Source of the DNA: Candidatus Pacearchaeota archaeon
Lineage (GTDB): Archaea; Nanobdellota; Nanobdellia; Pacearchaeales; GW2011-AR1
Assembly: GCA_009694725.1 (NCBI GenBank)
Contig: SICV01000001.1
Location: 65,219-129,218, forward strand
Direction of reading: 5' to 3'
DNA: 64,000 nucleotides
The notes under the pieces are model-generated. The model was not told the origin of the DNA and did no database searches. It saw only the letters and a list, made by a program, of their open reading frames with translations. Shown here piece by piece: positions 62,372 to 64,000 of this stretch. Within the stretch, counting starts at the first letter, position 1, and each line of letters opens with the position of its first letter. The translations under genes were made by a program, and so were the position numbers.

Positions 62372-63169
62372 TTAAGATAACGCAGACGGCATGAGTTCTT
62401 GGAGTTCTTTTTCTCGTACGCGTTGTTCTGCTTTCTTGTGGTGATATATCGCTGATTCTTCGATAAGACGAAGGTGTTGGACGTTCTTCCAGTCACCTTT
62501 GTAGAGTTTTGCTGCTTGTTTGTCCATTTCAAGGGCGTTACCGACAAATAGCATCCCTTTATCTGATGCATCAATAATGGTGGCGTCTGGCATTTTTACT
62601 TTTATAATGTCATGAATCGCATATTTAATGGGATGTTCACGCATTTTATTCTTGGTCGTTGAAAACCAACCAGCATAGTGTTTTGCAGGGAATGCTCCTA
62701 ACATATTTGCTAATGCTCCCGAGTATTCCACTTCAGGATGTTCACGTGGTGCAGGAAGAGAAATCACAAATGCTTCCTTGAGGGCAACTGGGTAAGCAAT
62801 GGAAGTGAATTTGAGAAATTCTCCGTTTTGGGTGTGTTCGACTGTTGCGGTATTCAGATCGATGAAACTAATGGGGTACTGTTCAGCGAGGCGATTGTAG
62901 CCGGCTGCTTCAAACATATCGTCTGTTTGTGCCCCATCGCTTCCTTCTGCAATGAATACTTTTGCAGGTCCTTGCTTTTTAGCAAGACAATATTTGAGTA
63001 CTGCTTCGACTAAGCCTGCTTTCGTGACGGTACCATCTGGTTGAACAGAAGGCTTGAGAATAATCGTTTGTTGTTTGGCAAGTTCGACATCGAATTTGAT
63101 AAGATCCAAGACCCGGGGAATTGTTTCTTCATAGGATTTGAATTTGACTGACACACCCTTTGCTACCAT
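62372..63169 (-). CDS. DUF362 domain protein
   Basis: 265 aa. N-terminal ...IILKPSV... and FIAEGSDG segments resemble DUF362. Confidence 0.45.
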   Translation of the reverse strand: MVAKGVSVKFKSYEETIPRVLDLIKFDVELAKQQTIILKPSVQPDGTVTKAGLVEAVLKYCLAKKQGPAKVFIAEGSDGAQTDDMFEAAGYNRLAEQYPISFIDLNTATVEHTQNGEFLKFTSIAYPVALKEAFVISLPAPREHPEVEYSGALANMLGAFPAKHYAGWFSTTKNKMREHPIKYAIHDIIKVKMPDATIIDASDKGMLFVGNALEMDKQAAKLYKGDWKNVQHLRLIEESAIYHHKKAEQRVREKELQELMPSALS

Positions 63170-63211
63170 GTGTACAAAAGTCTTGGTTTTGTATTTAAAG
63201 ATTCGTATACT

Positions 63212-63820
63212 CTATTCGCCGTCTTCTCGACGATCGAGTTCATTATTGACGACGGCGATCGTTTGCGAGGCAAAATACATGCGCTTGCCAATGGAGACTG
63301 GAATACACTTTTGCTTGAGGCGTTTCCATTCTTTCTGAGGTAAACCTTTGTGATCGCCTAAGATGAAGACTGCATCATCCTTGATATCTGCTTTTCGGAT
63401 ATCCTCTCCTTCGTTATCCAACATATATACTTTTTTTCCCTGGTCTAAGAGCGTATCAACAAGTTCTAAAAAACCCATTTTTTCAATCCAATAGCCTGGG
63501 AAGACTTCATATTTTTCTCCTTCGCGGTATTTGTATAACATTTTCTTTAAAATATCTGAAACGTTCTTTTTACTCAAATAGATTTTATCTTCACCGGTTT
63601 TGCCTTCAGTCTTTGGTTTGATTTCAAGGTGGCGAGAAGGAGTGGGGGGACCGGCAAAGATCATGTGTAACGTCGTATCCGTACGAATCTTATGACTTAA
63701 GAAAAACGAAGCGATCACCGAGTGAATCGCAATATCAATTCTCCCGGATGCTTGGAGATCTTCTTTGATGTAGTTACCTGCTGTGGGAGCAGTGCGTGAA
63801 TAATAGATGAATGAGCGCAT
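63212..63820 (-). CDS. trmY: tRNA (pseudouridine54-N1)-methyltransferase TrmY (SPOUT, DUF358)
   Basis: MRSFIYYSRTAPTAG...GRIDIAIHSVIASFFLSHKIR... matches TrmY. About 200 aa. Confidence 0.7.
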   Translation of the reverse strand: MRSFIYYSRTAPTAGNYIKEDLQASGRIDIAIHSVIASFFLSHKIRTDTTLHMIFAGPPTPSRHLEIKPKTEGKTGEDKIYLSKKNVSDILKKMLYKYREGEKYEVFPGYWIEKMGFLELVDTLLDQGKKVYMLDNEGEDIRKADIKDDAVFILGDHKGLPQKEWKRLKQKCIPVSIGKRMYFASQTIAVVNNELDRREDGE

Positions 63821-64000
63821 GGACTTTGGAGGTTTGAGGGGTTAAAAGTGTTTACTCTTGTATCCCTTATAGGTAAAATGCCCTTTTTACTGACCTATTT
63901 CAAAAAAAGAGATAATTCCTAGAAGAATCATCATTAACCCAAAAATAAGTACCTTTACTTTTTTAGTTATACTTCCACTATCTTGTATCTTTTTCATACT

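Noticed and set aside
63887-63997. 36-aa minus-strand ORF (MKKIQDSGSITKKVKVLIFGLMMILLGIISFFEIGQ) at the right edge.
   Set aside because: It is too short, unconserved-looking and next to the window edge to support. It may be a small membrane peptide or noise.
1-64000. CRISPR arrays, rRNA genes, transposases or integrases, and long direct or inverted DNA repeats.
   Set aside because: None were seen on reading the sequence. The only repeated DNA noticed is the short promoter element and the diverged paralogous coding regions.

Overview
This is an archaeal chromosomal window. Diagnostic genes are Spt5/NusG, uL11, uL1, P0, P1, eL43, eL40, aIF5A, RpoP, prefoldin alpha and beta, SecE, FtsZ plus SepF, Hjc, RNase J and AglB/STT3. 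It has a small-genome, DPANN-like flavour: class II LysRS, a miniature archaeosortase and many unknown envelope proteins. That taxonomic reading is inference only. The window is gene-dense on both strands, and most transcription units look leaderless, with a TATA box ending 20-23 nt before the ATG. There are five blocks. (i) 0.6-14 kb is a protein N-glycosylation locus. A minus-strand operon runs aglB(STT3)-aglH(Alg7)-flippase-Alg5/Dpm1-like GT2-Alg14-Alg13-methyltransferase, and a plus-strand arm carries GT9, a GT-C enzyme, AsnB and GT2. (ii) 17.7-21.1 kb is a six-gene translationally coupled operon: an HtrA-like protease, a small His-rich protein and four proteins with class III (prepilin-like) signal peptides. 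(iii) 21.8-29.2 kb is an envelope block with an S-layer candidate, DedA, a small archaeosortase and its probable C-terminally anchored substrate. (iv) 29.4-44.6 kb holds housekeeping genes, two tRNAs and a remodelled ribosomal stalk set. (v) 44.6-58.2 kb is the most unusual region. It carries a duplicated cassette in which a prepilin-like protein is coupled to a very large cysteine-rich, Gly/Ala-hydrophobic, beta-sandwich-repeat surface protein. That surface protein occurs once fused (about 1290 aa) and once split into two genes separated by an AT-rich accessory island. I could not assign this cassette to any described system. No rRNA, CRISPR array, transposase or integrase was seen.
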